A DNA stretch of 64,000 bases from Octopus sinensis. Taxonomy: Eukaryota. Positions 24,426 through 39,475 of the stretch are shown in pieces. Both the position numbers and the translations under genes were made by a program. The stretch lies in contig NC_043007.1 of assembly GCF_006345805.1 (NCBI RefSeq), positions 30,566,001-30,630,000 of the forward strand, written 5' to 3'. The notes beneath the pieces were generated by a model that worked only from the letters and a program-made list of their open reading frames with translations, made no database searches and was not told the origin of the DNA. Positions within the stretch are counted from its first letter, which is position 1. Every line of letters begins with the position of its first letter.

Positions 24426-25851
24426 TAAGCCATGTTCTCAAGGAGTCAAAGATCAACTATATCCACTCAGGCGGCTGGAACATAACCACTCGCTCTCATA
24501 ATAGTAGATACGCAGAAAGCGAACTTCTCGTCGATAGATCTCTTCTTTCCCCTTGTATATTTTACCACACTCATAGCAAATAGGCAGCTGGCGTAACACA
24601 ACGGTGCAGGTTTTATAATTTGTGGTCCCAAACAACACTATTAATCAGTTTTGTTTTAATTCGATTGCTGTTTTTATTTTTAGATTCCACCAAACTTTTT
24701 TTCAGCCATTTATCTTCTCTTCATTTTCATTTATTCTCATAGTTTTTCGGTCTTACTTTGTTACAGAATTCTCTGTCTACCATATCATGACTTTTACGAA
24801 GTTAGTTAAGAGACATTTCTTCACAGAAGGCAGGAATCTGGTTAATTTCTCCAATTCTGCTTTTACAGGGTCTAGACTTGTTATTAGCAGATGCTTTCTG
24901 TCTTTTGAGTAGAAACAATTTGGCAGGGACTTCATCCTCCTCAATGTATGGCAGCATTCTCCCAAGTGATACGTTATAAACACTTTAGTATCCCATACCA
25001 GAAATTAAAGTGGTTTCTTCTTTTTATTACGTGTATTTTCCGCTCCATATGTCAACGTTTTTGTGAGCAATTTAGTTTTATTTTATATTTTATCTATCTT
25101 AATCTTATTTGCATTTTATTATCTCGAATGTTCATTGGAGAGAGAAAAGTGTTACATTTTATTTCATGTCTTTTCTTCAAGTTTATTACTTTTACAAATG
25201 GAGTTTTATTTCCGTGCTTGCAGACGACAGCGCCATCGTGGCTGACTTTCTTTCTGTTTTCAGCTGAACATGTAGCTTCAGTTTTAGAATCATGTGATGT
25301 GAATGCAGACTTAAGACAACAGCCGACCTCTTTACATGGGAAACACACGCTACCTACATAGCCATCAATGCCGAAGTTTCCACAAACACTAAGCAGTTTC
25401 TGCTAAAAATCCTGCATTGAAGTGGCCAATTCGAATCAAATATAAAGCTACCTGAACAACCATGGCAAGGGGGTACTCAAGGGGGTACTCAGTGATCAGC
25501 AGAATTTCTTTACGCTCTTTCTTCGGCAAGTGTTTCCTACTAAACCTTCGAAAAGACCAAAGCCTTATGAGAATGAATTTGGTAGACGGAATCTGAAAGA
25601 AGATCGTCGTGTGTATATGTGCGTGTGTGTGTGTGCGTGTGTGTGTGTGTGTGTGTCTGTGTCTGTGTCTGTGTCTGTGTGTGTGTGTGGTGTTTGTGTG
25701 TTTGTGTGTTTTGTGTGTGTGTTTGTACCCCCAGCAACTTTTACTTACTGAAGCAAGTAAAAGGAGGTATAAAAGATACAGACAGATACAGGGACAGACA
25801 GGCAAACCGACAGACAGACAGACATATAGATAGAATGAGAGAAAGAAAGAG

Positions 25852-25903
<52 letters not shown>

Positions 25904-25907
25904 GATA

Positions 25908-25956
<49 letters not shown>

Positions 25957-25957
25957 G

Positions 25958-26032
<75 letters not shown>

Positions 26033-26064
26033 CGATAGATAGATAGATAGATAGTTAGATAGAT

Positions 26065-26149
<85 letters not shown>

Positions 26150-26559
26150 AACTGATTGGTTGATTGACTGCTTGATTGATTGACTGACTGACTGATTGAT
26201 GGATTGATTTCTTTATATTGATTGCAGATCTAATTCAACATCTGTTTATGAAGGATGCGTTTGTCTTGAACAAATCCCTTGGGATTCGTTTATGTCCATA
26301 ATTATTTCCCGAATCTTTTCATGTAAGAACACTGTTGGTTACTCTGTTGTATTATATAATTGATCACACTGACCGACTTTGCATTTCACCCATCTGAGCT
26401 CCATAGAATAAGTACCAGTGACGCATAGGAGTCGATAAAATCGTTGAGAACACTGAATGCGCCCCGCCGCCGCCACCACCACCGACATGGTCAATGAACG
26501 AAACCAGTAAAAGAAGGCAAGAAACTACAGCTTTTGTTGTTGTTAGTGTTCTTGTGGCT

Positions 26560-26900
26560 TCTGTTGTTCGAATCGTTAGCACGCTGGGCGAAATCCTTAG
26601 CAGCATTTCGTCTGCCGCTACGTTCTGAGTTCAAATCCCGCCGAGGTCGACTTTGCCTTTCATCCTTTCGGGGACGATTAAATAAGTACCAGTTACGCAC
26701 TGGGGTCGATATAATCGACTTAATCCCTTTGTCTGTCCTTGTTTGTCCCCTCTATGTTTAGCCCCTTGTAGGTAGTAACGAAACAAGTATTTCGTCCGCC
26801 GCTAAGTTCTGAGTTCAAATCCCGCCGAGGTCGACCTTGCCTTTAATCCTTTCAGGGTCGATAAATTAAGTACCAGTGAATCGACTAGTCCCCTCCTCCA
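26560..26900 (+). mobile_element. SINE family B with partial tandem second copy
   Basis: Head-to-tail repeat of TTTCGTC.GCCGCTA.GTTCTGAGTTCAAATCCCGCCGAGGTCGAC. Confidence 0.85.
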
Positions 26901-26914
26901 CATTTTAGTATTAT

Positions 26915-27130
26915 TTTATTGTCTTCGCACAGCATCTAACGCTGGAGATGTACTGCGGTGTCAGCTGTTCACAACCAGTGAACTAAGGTAACACCCCTTA
27001 TTTTCGAGCACAATCCAGAGTATTCGAGCAGTTCCAAGGAGTGATGTTTACTGCAAGTGCTCCACCCTATTGCAGCCCCTATTTGTTCCATGTACTTCTC
27101 AAGTTGCCCAGGATCGCGTGAGAAATGGTC
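26915..27130 (-). mobile_element. R4/Dong-like (RLE) non-LTR retrotransposon 3' end
   Basis: LEKYMEQIGAAI.VEHLQ*TSLLGTARIL.IVLE, then a 3' UTR and AAT-rich tail. Confidence 0.75.
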
Positions 27131-27954
27131 CTCCGTGATAATTTATTTTTAATGTCCCCTTACTGAATGTGTTGACTAGCGGAAGACGAATATCAGGCGT
27201 GTTCGTATTCTGATGATCTGAATGCGAATGAATATGAGTAAAGAATTGGATAAAGCGTTAAAAAACGTGACAAACTCTGTCGAAAAAAGTGACGCACGTG
27301 AATCTAAGTCCGTCACATTCTGACGTACGTGAAATGAAAACCCTGATTGTGGAAAAATAGGTGTATATTTCTCCTTAATTAGTGTATAGTGATTAGTAGA
27401 AAATGCTTCTTAAATTATAAATCCATACCTAAAATGGTTCTTAGTGACATGAATAGATTCAGTTAGGTTTAGTGAACAATTCTGCGAAGAAATTGACGTT
27501 GGAGCAGAAAGTCTAATCAATTCCTAATTAAGTGTCTAATTAAAACTTCTTAATTTATTTTTCAATACCCGTTTTTTCTTAAGTTTTCATTTAAGTATCA
27601 CTTGTGTCTAAGGAGTAATATTCAATGTGATTCATTACTGGAGCTTAAAGTCTAATTAATTTAGTTATTTATGCAAGTTGATTATCTCATAATGAATTAA
27701 TCCATACCTAAGCATATTAAAGAATCCCGTTTCATGGTATTAGGCCCATTTGTACACATATTGTGCCTTGCCAGTATTTTGGAGCTTCGAGTCTAATCAA
27801 ACCGGGACTGGCTCTCGGTCTATAAGCTTCTAACCACTCAGCAACGGCTGCGATTTTGTTTATAGAGTCCGAGTGGTATGAATAAAAAAAAATAAGTCAG
27901 TCAGGGCAGGAGGTCTCTAAACATGAATGGTCAGTGTTGAATGGTGGCTAAACA

Positions 27955-28357
27955 ATATCAACCACTACCACCTCTACTACTACTACTACTACAATTTCCA
28001 CAACTACTACTTCGATTACTACTAATACTACCACTATGGCTTCCATCACTACTACTACTAAAACTTCTCTTACTACTACTACCACTACTACCACTACTAC
28101 TATTACTGCTGCTGCTGCTGCTGTTGCTCTTACTACTACTATTATTACTACAGCTATTATTTCTACTAGTAATACCACTACAACTACTACCACCACCACC
28201 ACCAACACTACTACTACTACTACTACTACTATTACAACAACTATTACTTCTGCTGCTGCTGCTGTTGCTGCCACTACTATTACTATTTGCACAACATCTA
28301 TTTGTACAATATCATTTAGACTACCACCACCACCACTAGCACTACTACTACGATTAA

Positions 28358-28396
<39 letters not shown>

Positions 28397-28420
28397 AACG
28401 ACTACTGCAGCGACTACCGT
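27955..28420. repeat. (ACT)n/(GCT)n trinucleotide tract
   Basis: Directly visible. Confidence 0.95.
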
Positions 28421-28914
28421 TGCTACTTGAGTTGGAGATAAAAAAAAAAGAAAAAAGAACCAATCAGAGCTTGATTCAAAAAACACTTGGCAGGTTTGTG
28501 AAGGGAACAAAGAAAGATGCATGTGTTGAGTTTTAAGAACCGCTCATTCTAACGCCATTTCCCCACCCGCTTCCATCTAAGGTATTTTGATGGACGCCAT
28601 GTTGTGTGGATATAGAAGCTTCGTAGATTATCCGTTATGGTAATATGTTGCGCATGAAAATACCTTACAAGGAAACGGGTGGGGGTGGGGGTGGGGTGAG
28701 GTGGATGGGGTGGGGTGTTGGGAACTGCGTTGCAATGGCTGCTACTTCGACTGACACTGGTCTGTCTCTTCGTTTCAGACGTGTAGTAAGTGGAAACACA
28801 CGCACAGATATATACATGAGGATATACCTACATATACACATACATTCATACATATATATATACATACATATATATATATATATACATACATATATATATA
28901 TATATACATACATA

Positions 28915-28946
<32 letters not shown>

Positions 28947-29286
28947 AATACATACATATACACACATATATATATAAATAAATATATATATACATATATA
29001 TATATACACACGCAGGTATATATGCATATATACATATACATATATTCAAATATATATGTATAGACCGACACACTTCACACACTCATATATATACATATAT
29101 TATACATATATATATATATGTGTGTGTGTGTGCGTGTGTGTGTGCGTGGTGTGTGTATGTATGTGTATATATATATATACATACATATATACATATGTAC
29201 CTACATGTACATGTATGTGCGCATGCGTGTGCGCAGATACACATACACATCTGCATATATATATATATAATATATATATATATATA

Positions 29287-29337
<51 letters not shown>

Positions 29338-29456
29338 GTGTGGTGGTGTGTGTTTTGTGTATTATGTATGTGTGTGTGGTGTGTGTCTGTATGTATGTAT
29401 AAATTCAAAATTATATATGCATGCATATTATAATCTATTTACACGATATATATATA

Positions 29457-29544
<88 letters not shown>

Positions 29545-30104
29545 GCAAACAAGCGCCTGCGCGCACTTACACGCGGAGAATTAATATGTAATTACCAATA
29601 TAATGTGGGTATTTGCTCCCGTGTGTGTGCGCGGGCGGGCGCGCGTATAATTTGTGTGCCTACGTATGTATATGCGTGTGTATGTGTGTGTGTGTGTGTG
29701 TGTATGTGTTTGTATATCACTTCGCAAAGATAAAACATTACGGCATCATTAGCGTATTATTTGCTAGGTGTTGGTCGAGATTAATAGCTGGAACAAGAAA
29801 GAGCATTGTTAGAGGCGAGGACAACGTGGAGCCAACCTCGCTGCCAGACCATTCTCCTGCTAAACTAAACCAGTTCTATATTGGAATATTAAACATGGCC
29901 GCCGTTTCCTGTAGATCATGCGGCTTTCAGGGCTCTCTCTCTCTCACTCACTCTCTCTCTCTTTCTCTCTCTCTCTCTTTCTCTCTCTCTTTCCGTCTCT
30001 CTGTCTATCTATCTACATATCTCTCTCTTTCTACACATTTGTTTTTAAACTGGGTCATTCTCTAAAGATATTCTTGGAATTTTGTGTGGAGATGGATAAT
30101 AATA

Positions 30105-30163
<59 letters not shown>

Positions 30164-30569
30164 TCATATTAATAATAATAATAATAATAATAATGATGAT
30201 AATAATAATAATAATAATAATAAATAATGATAATAATAATAATAATAACAATCATAATAATGATAATAATAATAATAATAATAATAATATAATAATGATA
30301 ATAATAATATAATAATAATAATAATAATAATCATAATAATAATCATAATCATAATAATAATAAGGATAATCATAATCATAATATAATAATAATAATCATA
30401 ATAATAATAATAATGATAATCATAATAATAATAATATGATATAATCATAATAATAATAATACTATAATAATAATACCATAATGATAATAATAATAATAAT
30501 CAAATAATAATAATAATAATATCATAATAATAATAATAATAATAATCATCATATAATAATAAAATAATG

Positions 30570-30610
<41 letters not shown>

Positions 30611-30617
30611 CATAATG

Positions 30618-30651
<34 letters not shown>

Positions 30652-31107
30652 CATAATCATAATAATAATAATAATTATAATAATAATAATAATAATAATC
30701 ATAAAAAATAATAATAATAATAATAATAATAATATCTAATCATAATAATAATGATAATTATAATAATAATAAATAATAATAATCATAATGATAATAATAA
30801 TAATAATAATAATAATATAATAATCATAATCATAATAATATAATTATAATAATAATAATCATATAATAATAATAATAATAATGATATATCATAATCATAT
30901 AATATATATTATATATAATAATAATATCATAATGATAATAATAATAATCATAATAATAATAATAATAATAATATAATCATAATCATAATAATAATAATAT
31001 TATAATAATAATAATATAATCATAATTAAAATAATAATAATAATAATAATAATATTATAATAATAATAATAATAATAATAATAATTCATAAGCATAATAA
31101 TAATAAT

Positions 31108-31154
<47 letters not shown>

Positions 31155-31175
31155 TAAGCATATAATAATAATAAT

Positions 31176-31211
<36 letters not shown>

Positions 31212-31836
31212 CATAATCATAATAATATAATAATATAATAATAATAATAATCATAATATAATAATAATAATCATAATGATATATAATAATAATAATATAA
31301 TATAATAATAATAATAATCATAATCATAATAATAATAATAATTAATAATAATCATAATAATAATATCATAATAATAATAATAATAATAATAATAATTATA
31401 ATAATAATAATAATAATAATAATATAATAATAATAATAATCTAATCATAATAATAATAATAATTATAATATAATAATAAACAAATAATAATAATAATAAT
31501 CATAATCATATATAATAATATTATAATAATAATAATATAATAATAATAATCATAATCATAATAATAATAATAATTATAATAATAATAATAATAAGATAAT
31601 AATAATAATCATAATCATAATAATAATAATTATATAATAAATAATAATAATAATAATATCATAATAATAATAATAATAATCATATATAATAATAATAATA
31701 ATAATAATATAATAATAATCATAATCATAATAATAATAATAATTATAATAATAATAATAATAATAATAATATAATATAATAATAATAATCAAATCATAAT
31801 ATATAATAATAATAATATCATAATCATAATAATAAT

Positions 31837-31867
<31 letters not shown>

Positions 31868-31978
31868 TATTATTATTATTATAATAATAATAATAATCAT
31901 AATAATCATAATAATAATAATAATCATCATAATAATAATATAATATAATAATAGTAATCATAATAATAATAATAATGC
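30105..31978. repeat. ~1.9-kb degenerate (AAT)n tract
   Basis: AAT with CAT/GAT/TAT interruptions and almost no other sequence. Confidence 0.95.
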
Positions 31979-32170
31979 AAGCAAGGAAAACGTAAAATGT
32001 ATTTGCCACAGATGTGCTGAAGTACATGTATGCTTGAGCTCGTGTGCCCACGTGTGTATGTGCGCGTGTATGTGAGTATGTGTGTGTGTGTGTATGTACA
32101 GAGGTACCCAATATTTTTAAGTGCAGGTATTTAAGTCAAATCATGCAAACACACACACACACACACATAT

Positions 32171-32340
32171 CACCTTCGAAACGTAGAGTAGATGAAACCA
32201 TGGCGACTGAAGAAGGGGTTTTTTCCTTGTGTTATTTGTCCTGTACTCTATTTTTTGTTGTTAAGAAAAATGTCCAGTTCCTTGGTTTGTGTCTATGTTT
32301 TCGTTCTCATTGTGTTCGACGTTTTTTTGGTGTCCTGTAC
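32171..32340 (+). mobile_element. Truncated hammerhead-tail element
   Basis: Begins CCTTC-GAA-ACGT-A-GAGT (3' half of a minimal hammerhead); a second CTGAAGAAGG at 32207. Confidence 0.45.
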
Positions 32341-32469
32341 TCATATATGCGTGTATATATACATGTAGAGGTAGGTACGTACATATATGTATATATATAT
32401 GCATATGTTTTATTTATTAATATATTATATGACGGAACGCACGCATCCCTTTCTAAGTAAGATTGTTCT

Positions 32470-32511
<42 letters not shown>

Positions 32512-32541
32512 TATATATATATTATATATATATATATATAT

Positions 32542-32572
<31 letters not shown>

Positions 32573-32946
32573 ATATATATATAATATATATATATAATAT
32601 ATATATATATATATAACTGAAGGTCAGTCAATACTTTTGGGAGACTATGTTTATTAAACTTTTACAAGGAAAAGATGAACAGCAACATCGGTGCTCGAGG
32701 CTCCGTCTCACCTCTCTTCGTCGCATCCTTCTTTTGGGCTTTACACTGTCTTGGAATACAGCTGAAGCTGAGGGTTTGTTTCGCGACTCGTGTTTTACAC
32801 CGCTGCTATTTTCGCCTGATCGTCTTCTTCATACTCAAAACTCCCAGATTTCCTGACAAATGCTCACCTTCAGTTCTCATCAAAACAAAACAACTACGTA
32901 TAGTGCAATCTTTTCTCATTCCTTCGACATTAAGCAACAAGTTGCG

Positions 32947-33020
<74 letters not shown>

Positions 33021-33320
33021 ATCTCTATATATTATATATATATTATATATATATATATATATATGTATATACAATATAATAACATATGTATATATATGTA
33101 TATATATGTATTATACATATACATATATATACATATGCATCCATGTATATATGTCATTGTTCAGTTTTATCTCAAATTTCTTACCAATAGAGAAAGAGCC
33201 GGTTTCTAACCGAGATTCAAGGCTCCTTCATTGGAATTTCTTGTGTGCATGTATGTATGTATGTATGTATGTATGTATGTATGTATGTATGTATGTATGT
33301 ATGTATGTGTGTATAGACGC

Positions 33321-33480
33321 AGGCGTGGCTGCGTGGTAAGATGGTTGCTTCCCAACTACATGGTTCCCGGTTCCATCCCACTACGGGTAAACTTGGGTAT
33401 GTGTTTTTTGACTATAGCCTCGAGCCGTCCAAAGCTTCTTGTGAGTGGATATGGTTGGCAGAATTTGAAAGAATCCCCTT
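33321..33480 (+). mobile_element. SINE family A
   Basis: GGCGTGGCTGCGTGGTAAGATGGTTGCTTCCCAACTACATGGTTCCCGGTTC. Confidence 0.85.
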
Positions 33481-33487
33481 GTGTGTA

Positions 33488-33795
<308 letters not shown>

Positions 33796-34441
33796 CGGTC
33801 ACATATATGCATGTTTGTGGTGGGGATATCTTTGTGTCCGTGTTTATTCTCCACCACCGCTTCAGAACCGATGCTGGTGTGTTTACATCCTTGTAACTTA
33901 ACGCTTCTGCAAAAGAGAACGATGGAATAAGTGCTAGGGTTGAAAATATTCCAAATATTCCAAGACAGAAGATATGCAAAAATAATAATAGAATTTGTTT
34001 TTCCTTTAATATTGCTGTCAATAATAAAGCTGTGTGGTATCATTCAAAGGCTAAAACGGAGCAAAGCGCATAGTGGCCAATGATGTTTAACAACATTCGA
34101 TAATCTGGTCGATCACGTGATCACGTGATATTGTATAGCAAGCTATATGTTTTTGTCTCCAATGCAAAGTCTCTCTCCAAACCTTCTTCCTATAAGACAA
34201 AACAGTCATCGAAATATCTTCTCCAATTTCTCTTCAAGTAATTATGAATGTGGTTTCCGGTTTCAACTTGGATTTCTCATGTGTTTTAATGTCAAGGTAT
34301 CCATTACTAAATTTGCATCAGAAACGCTAACCAACGCTGCCCCATGAGTTTCATGTCTGATCTGAGAAGCTCTACTCTCTAAGGTGAACTAGAATATCAA
34401 ATCATTGATTGAGTGGTAAATAGATTTGGCAAAGAACAGAC

Positions 34442-34480
<39 letters not shown>

Positions 34481-34596
34481 CAGACAGACAGACATAGACA
34501 CTCAGACAGATAGACAGATAGATAAATATATATATATATATATATTAATATTTCTAAGTCTCTCTAAAGGAGACTACGGCAGCGGTACGGTAACTA

Positions 34597-34636
<40 letters not shown>

Positions 34637-34642
<6 letters not shown>

Positions 34643-34762
34643 GTCTGGGGAGGGTCATTCTCTTTTAGTGCCTTATTATTTAACACACTCACCGGTAAAG
34701 TTTCCACTCATTTATTTATTTTTCTAAAATTTTCGCTGCGTCTTGCAACCTTTTCAATGGTA
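34637..34762 (-). mobile_element. (TA)n-anchored element with variant hammerhead; sister of 50585-50748
   Basis: Near-identical ~120 bp in opposite orientation; both end at (TA)n. Confidence 0.8.
34724..34760 (-). ncRNA. Variant minimal hammerhead (U3-A8)
   Basis: CCA-UUGAAAA-G-GUUGC-AAGAC-GCAGC-GAA-AAUU-U|UAG. Confidence 0.5.
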
Positions 34763-35355
34763 GTGATGGTAATGGTTGTGATGGTTGCGGTGATGGTGAT
34801 TGACGTGCTGGTGGTAGTCGTAATGGTGATGGAAGTAGAGCTGTGCTGAAGATGTGGGGAGGATGAAGTTCTTTGGCGGCGGTGGCGTGGTTTTGTTGGA
34901 TGTGGTGGGACGATGATGATGGCGCCAGTGGTTCAGTGGGGGAGATGACTTGATGATAATCGCGTTGATATTGTGGTGGGGAGCGCTATGGGGTGTTGAT
35001 GGAAATGGAGTGGTAGTTGTGGTGGTTGGGGTGGTTGGGTGATGATTAAAGGTATTGTGGTGGTTGAGAATGTGGGCAGTGCGGTGTTAGACAAGGCGAT
35101 GTTGTAAAAGAGAAGATGGAGTAGAAAGAAAGCCCGGGTGAACCAGTGAGATAGAGAAGCGCTGCGAATGGTGCCTCACCCTCTCCTATTTCATAATTCT
35201 TCATTTCTGATCGAATCTTCGATGAATTCAATAAATTTCCTTCAAAGCTCATATCCGTCTCATTGTTTCAACGTCACTACCAACACAGTTCGTTTGGTAG
35301 ACTTTACGAGGACACACCAATCACTTCATATCTCTACATCGATAGAGTTCTCTCT

Positions 35356-35411
<56 letters not shown>

Positions 35412-35807
35412 CCCAGATAACTTGCTGGCTAGCTCTATCTGTCGAGATCTATGTGTACAAACGAAAGAAACTGAATCCAACACATGTACCAGAATATTAT
35501 ACTTACCAGAAAACGGGTGGTTGCTCGCAATTCACTTCATTGCTATACAGAGTATCCTGTCACGTCTGACTTCCATACATACGTACATAGATATAAAAAT
35601 ACATATATACATACTTACATACACACACACACGCACACACACGCACACACACGCTCACACACATGCATACACACATACATACATATATAAATACCTACAC
35701 ACATGGTGTAAGACGACTCGTGATCGGGCAAGACAATTCCTTAAATGCATTTCACTCTAAGAAACATCTTGCATATAGTTGCGTATCTAGACATGCTCAT
35801 TTATATT

Positions 35808-36062
35808 TAAATGATAAACTTCTGGAAAGTCCTACAGATTTTTACCGTTCCACTGATGGATTGGATCTGTAGTCTTCGAATTAGTTTTCTCCTTTCAGGT
35901 TTTGAGAAGCTTAATTTCTCAAGATTGGTATTTGGGCAGTGCTTTACATATCCCAGGGCCCCAATAACTACTGGTATAAACTTGAACTTGTAATATGGAT
36001 AGAGTAACCGCAGATTTCTCTACAGATCAACATAGATGTTCTCTTTTGCACTGATCTTCAGT
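35808..36062 (-). mobile_element. R4/Dong-like (RLE) non-LTR retrotransposon C-terminal remnant
   Basis: KENIYVDL*RNLRLLYPYYKFKFIPVVIGALGYV...LQIQSISGTVKICRTF. Confidence 0.75.
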
Positions 36063-36175
36063 TTTATGTTAAAATCCACTGGGCAACTATGTATGTATGT
36101 ATGTATGTATGTATGTATGTATGTATGTATGTATGTATGTATGTATGTATGTATGTACGTATGTATGTACGTATG

Positions 36176-36206
<31 letters not shown>

Positions 36207-36649
36207 GTATGTATGTATGTATGTAAGTATGTATGTATATATGTATGTATGTACGTACGTATGTATGTAAGTATGTAAGTATGTATGTATGTATGTATGT
36301 ATGTACGTACGTATGTATGTATGTACGTATGTATGTATGTATGTATTTATGTATGTAAGTATGTGTGTGTGTTAATGTGTGTATGTATGTATGCATGTAT
36401 GTAGAGATTCAATGACCAGTTACAATTCTTTCTGTACCACTGCATTTAACGTCAGTCAAACTTTTTGATGGATGGTTGTCATGTTAGGATTACTTTGCGC
36501 GTTCTCTGTATGAAACGAAGTAACGGAAAGACATATGTCTTCTGAAGAATGCTGAACAATTAATGTGCATCAAATTTGTACTTACAATGTATTTTCATTA
36601 ACGGACTATATCATTTTATGATCTATATTTCACTCGTAGAATGTGAATG

Positions 36650-36703
<54 letters not shown>

Positions 36704-37090
36704 CGATAATATATACACATAATATCGAACTCCTCCTTCTCCTCCTTCTTCATCTTCTTTTGCTGTTCATGTTGTTGATTGCTTTCGCTTATGTTAACAC
36801 AGAATTTTTTTTATAAAGTCCTCATATATCTACATAATATATCAATATAATACAGAAGTGGATAAATTAGAGATGATAGGTGATCGATATAAAAGAAATA
36901 ATCTGGGAAAAGATATGCCTATGATGATGATGATGATGATGAAGATTGTCAGTATGGCGGTGTCGGTGGTGACAGGGTTGATTTTAGTGTTCTTGATGAT
37001 GCTATTTGGTGATGCTAGTGGTGATGCTGGTGTTGTTGTCGCCGTTGTTGTTGTTGGTGGTGGTGTTATTCACGGTTGGAGTGTTGTTGT

Positions 37091-37122
<32 letters not shown>

Positions 37123-37611
37123 CAAAAATTTAAGCTTGAATATGGTGTTGGCGATAACGGTTGCGGTGATGACGATAGTGTCGTGGCATTTGTGTAGCTA
37201 ATTATTGCGATTGTGATGGGTGCGGTCGAGGTGGCGGTGGCGGTGCTGGTGGTGCTAATGGTCATAACGATGGTGGGTTGGAGGTGGCGGCGTCGGCGGC
37301 GATGCTGGAAGACAAGAATGTTACACCATTTCTCAATATCCATCAACCCCTCTATCTCTTTCCCCCTCGCTCTTTCCATCAATGCATCACAACTTATTTT
37401 CACACATGTGTTGCTAGACACATACATATTATACACAGCGAATAGGGTGTTCGGGTAGAGGTTATACCTTAATTTCCGACATCAACATCCTTAGGGACGG
37501 ATGGATAATCTGGTTCTCAACTGACCCTTACTTTTGGTTCCAAGACCAGCCTGAGCCACTCTCTAGCAAACTGCTTCTGCTGGTTGCCTAAACTTCGAGA
37601 CGGACTGGACC

Positions 37612-38530
37612 TTTGGAGAGGAGATGGAAGAACACCTTTCATCTTGAAACCAAATATGGTCATTTTGCTTCAGGAGCTAACTTAAGCCACTCAAGCTGTT
37701 CCCAGTAGATCTCCTTTGTTATCATTTGGTTTGGGTTTAAAAGTTCAAAGTCAACTAAACCTTTCATATCCCATCAAACAGATAATAACTCCTTATGTGG
37801 GTGAAGATCTTCTTTAGCCTGGGGTGCCAGTGTTTCTCCTTTCCCTACCCACTGTCTTCGGCACTTGACATTTTTATAGAGAACCCATTTCTCATCACCA
37901 GTCACAAAAAAAGGTTCATTCATGAGATGTGGCAGCAAAGAAGAGCACATATTCACTATCTGCATGTGATTAGACTCAGAAGGTTTGTGAGGAACCCATT
38001 GACCCAATTTGCTGACTTTTCTGATAGCATACAGGTGTCAATGAATGGTTGACTAACCAAATCCAAGCTTCTCTGCTAGTTCCTCAACAGTTACAATGGG
38101 ATTTTGTTTCACCAGGGTTTGCCGGCTGTCCTCATCAAGCTCTACAGATCTTCCACGACGTGGCTCATCTTCTAGGCTGTAGTTTTCGGCTCGGAATTTC
38201 TGGAACCACCGCTGATACTGGCTTACACATGTTGTCCGATCTTCATATACTGCATTAATATTCCTTGCAGTTTCCGTTGCGCTGTTGCCTTTATTGAACT
38301 CATGAAGAAAAATATGTCGAATATGCTCCTTAGTCACTTCCATTATAGCTTTGAAAAAATAACCGATAAAATCGAACAGCACTCTTTAGAACTTGCACTA
38401 AGAATAAGACCAAAATAAAATTACTACCCGCACTTGTAGCAAGTTGATGCAGGTAGCTTATCCCGTCCCCCTCTGACTTTTACTCTAGTCCATACAATTG
38501 AAAAAACCGCATTATTTATGGGATGACCAT
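37612..38530 (-). mobile_element. Mariner transposon, 3'-truncated and frameshifted
   Basis: TIR at 38501-38530; ATG at 38343 MEVTKEHIRHIFLHEF...RWFQKFR...LEDEPRRGR; WVPH, TGDEKW, LHPHKELLSV, then frameshifted DMKG...IYWEQL. Confidence 0.92.
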
Positions 38531-39168
38531 ACATACTTACATACTTACATACATATGTATATATATTCTTTTACTTGTTTCAGACATTTGACTGCAGCCA
38601 TGCTGGAGCACCACATTAATATAAATTCACATACATATACACTCACAAACACACGCATACACGTGTGTGTGTGTGTCTGTTTATTTATATGTAGATGTAT
38701 ATAAGTCTGCGTTCAATAGACACGTGAACATTATGTGAAACGCTACTCATCTGATATACACCCGTTCCTTAATCTTCTCATCGCAGTCAGATGTGGAACA
38801 CAATCCAGATATTCGATGTCTTTCCTTCTTTTCATAGAACCTTCGCCTCTGATCAACGTAATTCCGGAAACTATTAAGCGCCAAATTGGAAACGCTTGTG
38901 CATTCACACAACCTCATATAATTTGCATATAAGTTTCTTATTTTGCATAAAACTGCTAATTAGGTTGTATTTATTTCCTGCCTTAGAGTCAGTAGCAGTA
39001 TACATCCCGAATTCTCAACAGGACGACCAATTTCTTCTCTCTCTCTCTCTCTCAATCTATCTATCTATCTATCTATTTATCTATATATCTATCTATCTAT
39101 CTGTCTGTGTGTCTATCTATCTATCGATCTATCTATCGATATATCTCGCTGTCTGTCTGTCTATCTAT

Positions 39169-39220
<52 letters not shown>

Positions 39221-39391
39221 TTATCTAGCTAGCTATCTATCTATCTATCTATCTATTTGTCTGTCTGTCTCTCTGTCTGTCTATCTATCTATCAATTTAT
39301 CTATCGATCGATCGATCGATCGATCGATCGATCGATCTGCCTGTCTGTCTGTCTATCTATTCATTTATCTATCTGTCTATCTATCTATCTG

Positions 39392-39475
<84 letters not shown>

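Noticed and set aside
24430-25380. Possible second decayed DNA transposase on the minus strand
   Set aside because: Only a CxxC-like fragment; cannot assign a family by eye
26933-26987. Exon-like segment with good AG/GT signals
   Set aside because: Lies in the antisense 3' UTR of the R4/Dong-like remnant
27280-27335. CRE/E-box-like motifs (TGACGCACGTG, TGACGTACGTG)
   Set aside because: Short motifs with no associated gene or TSS evidence
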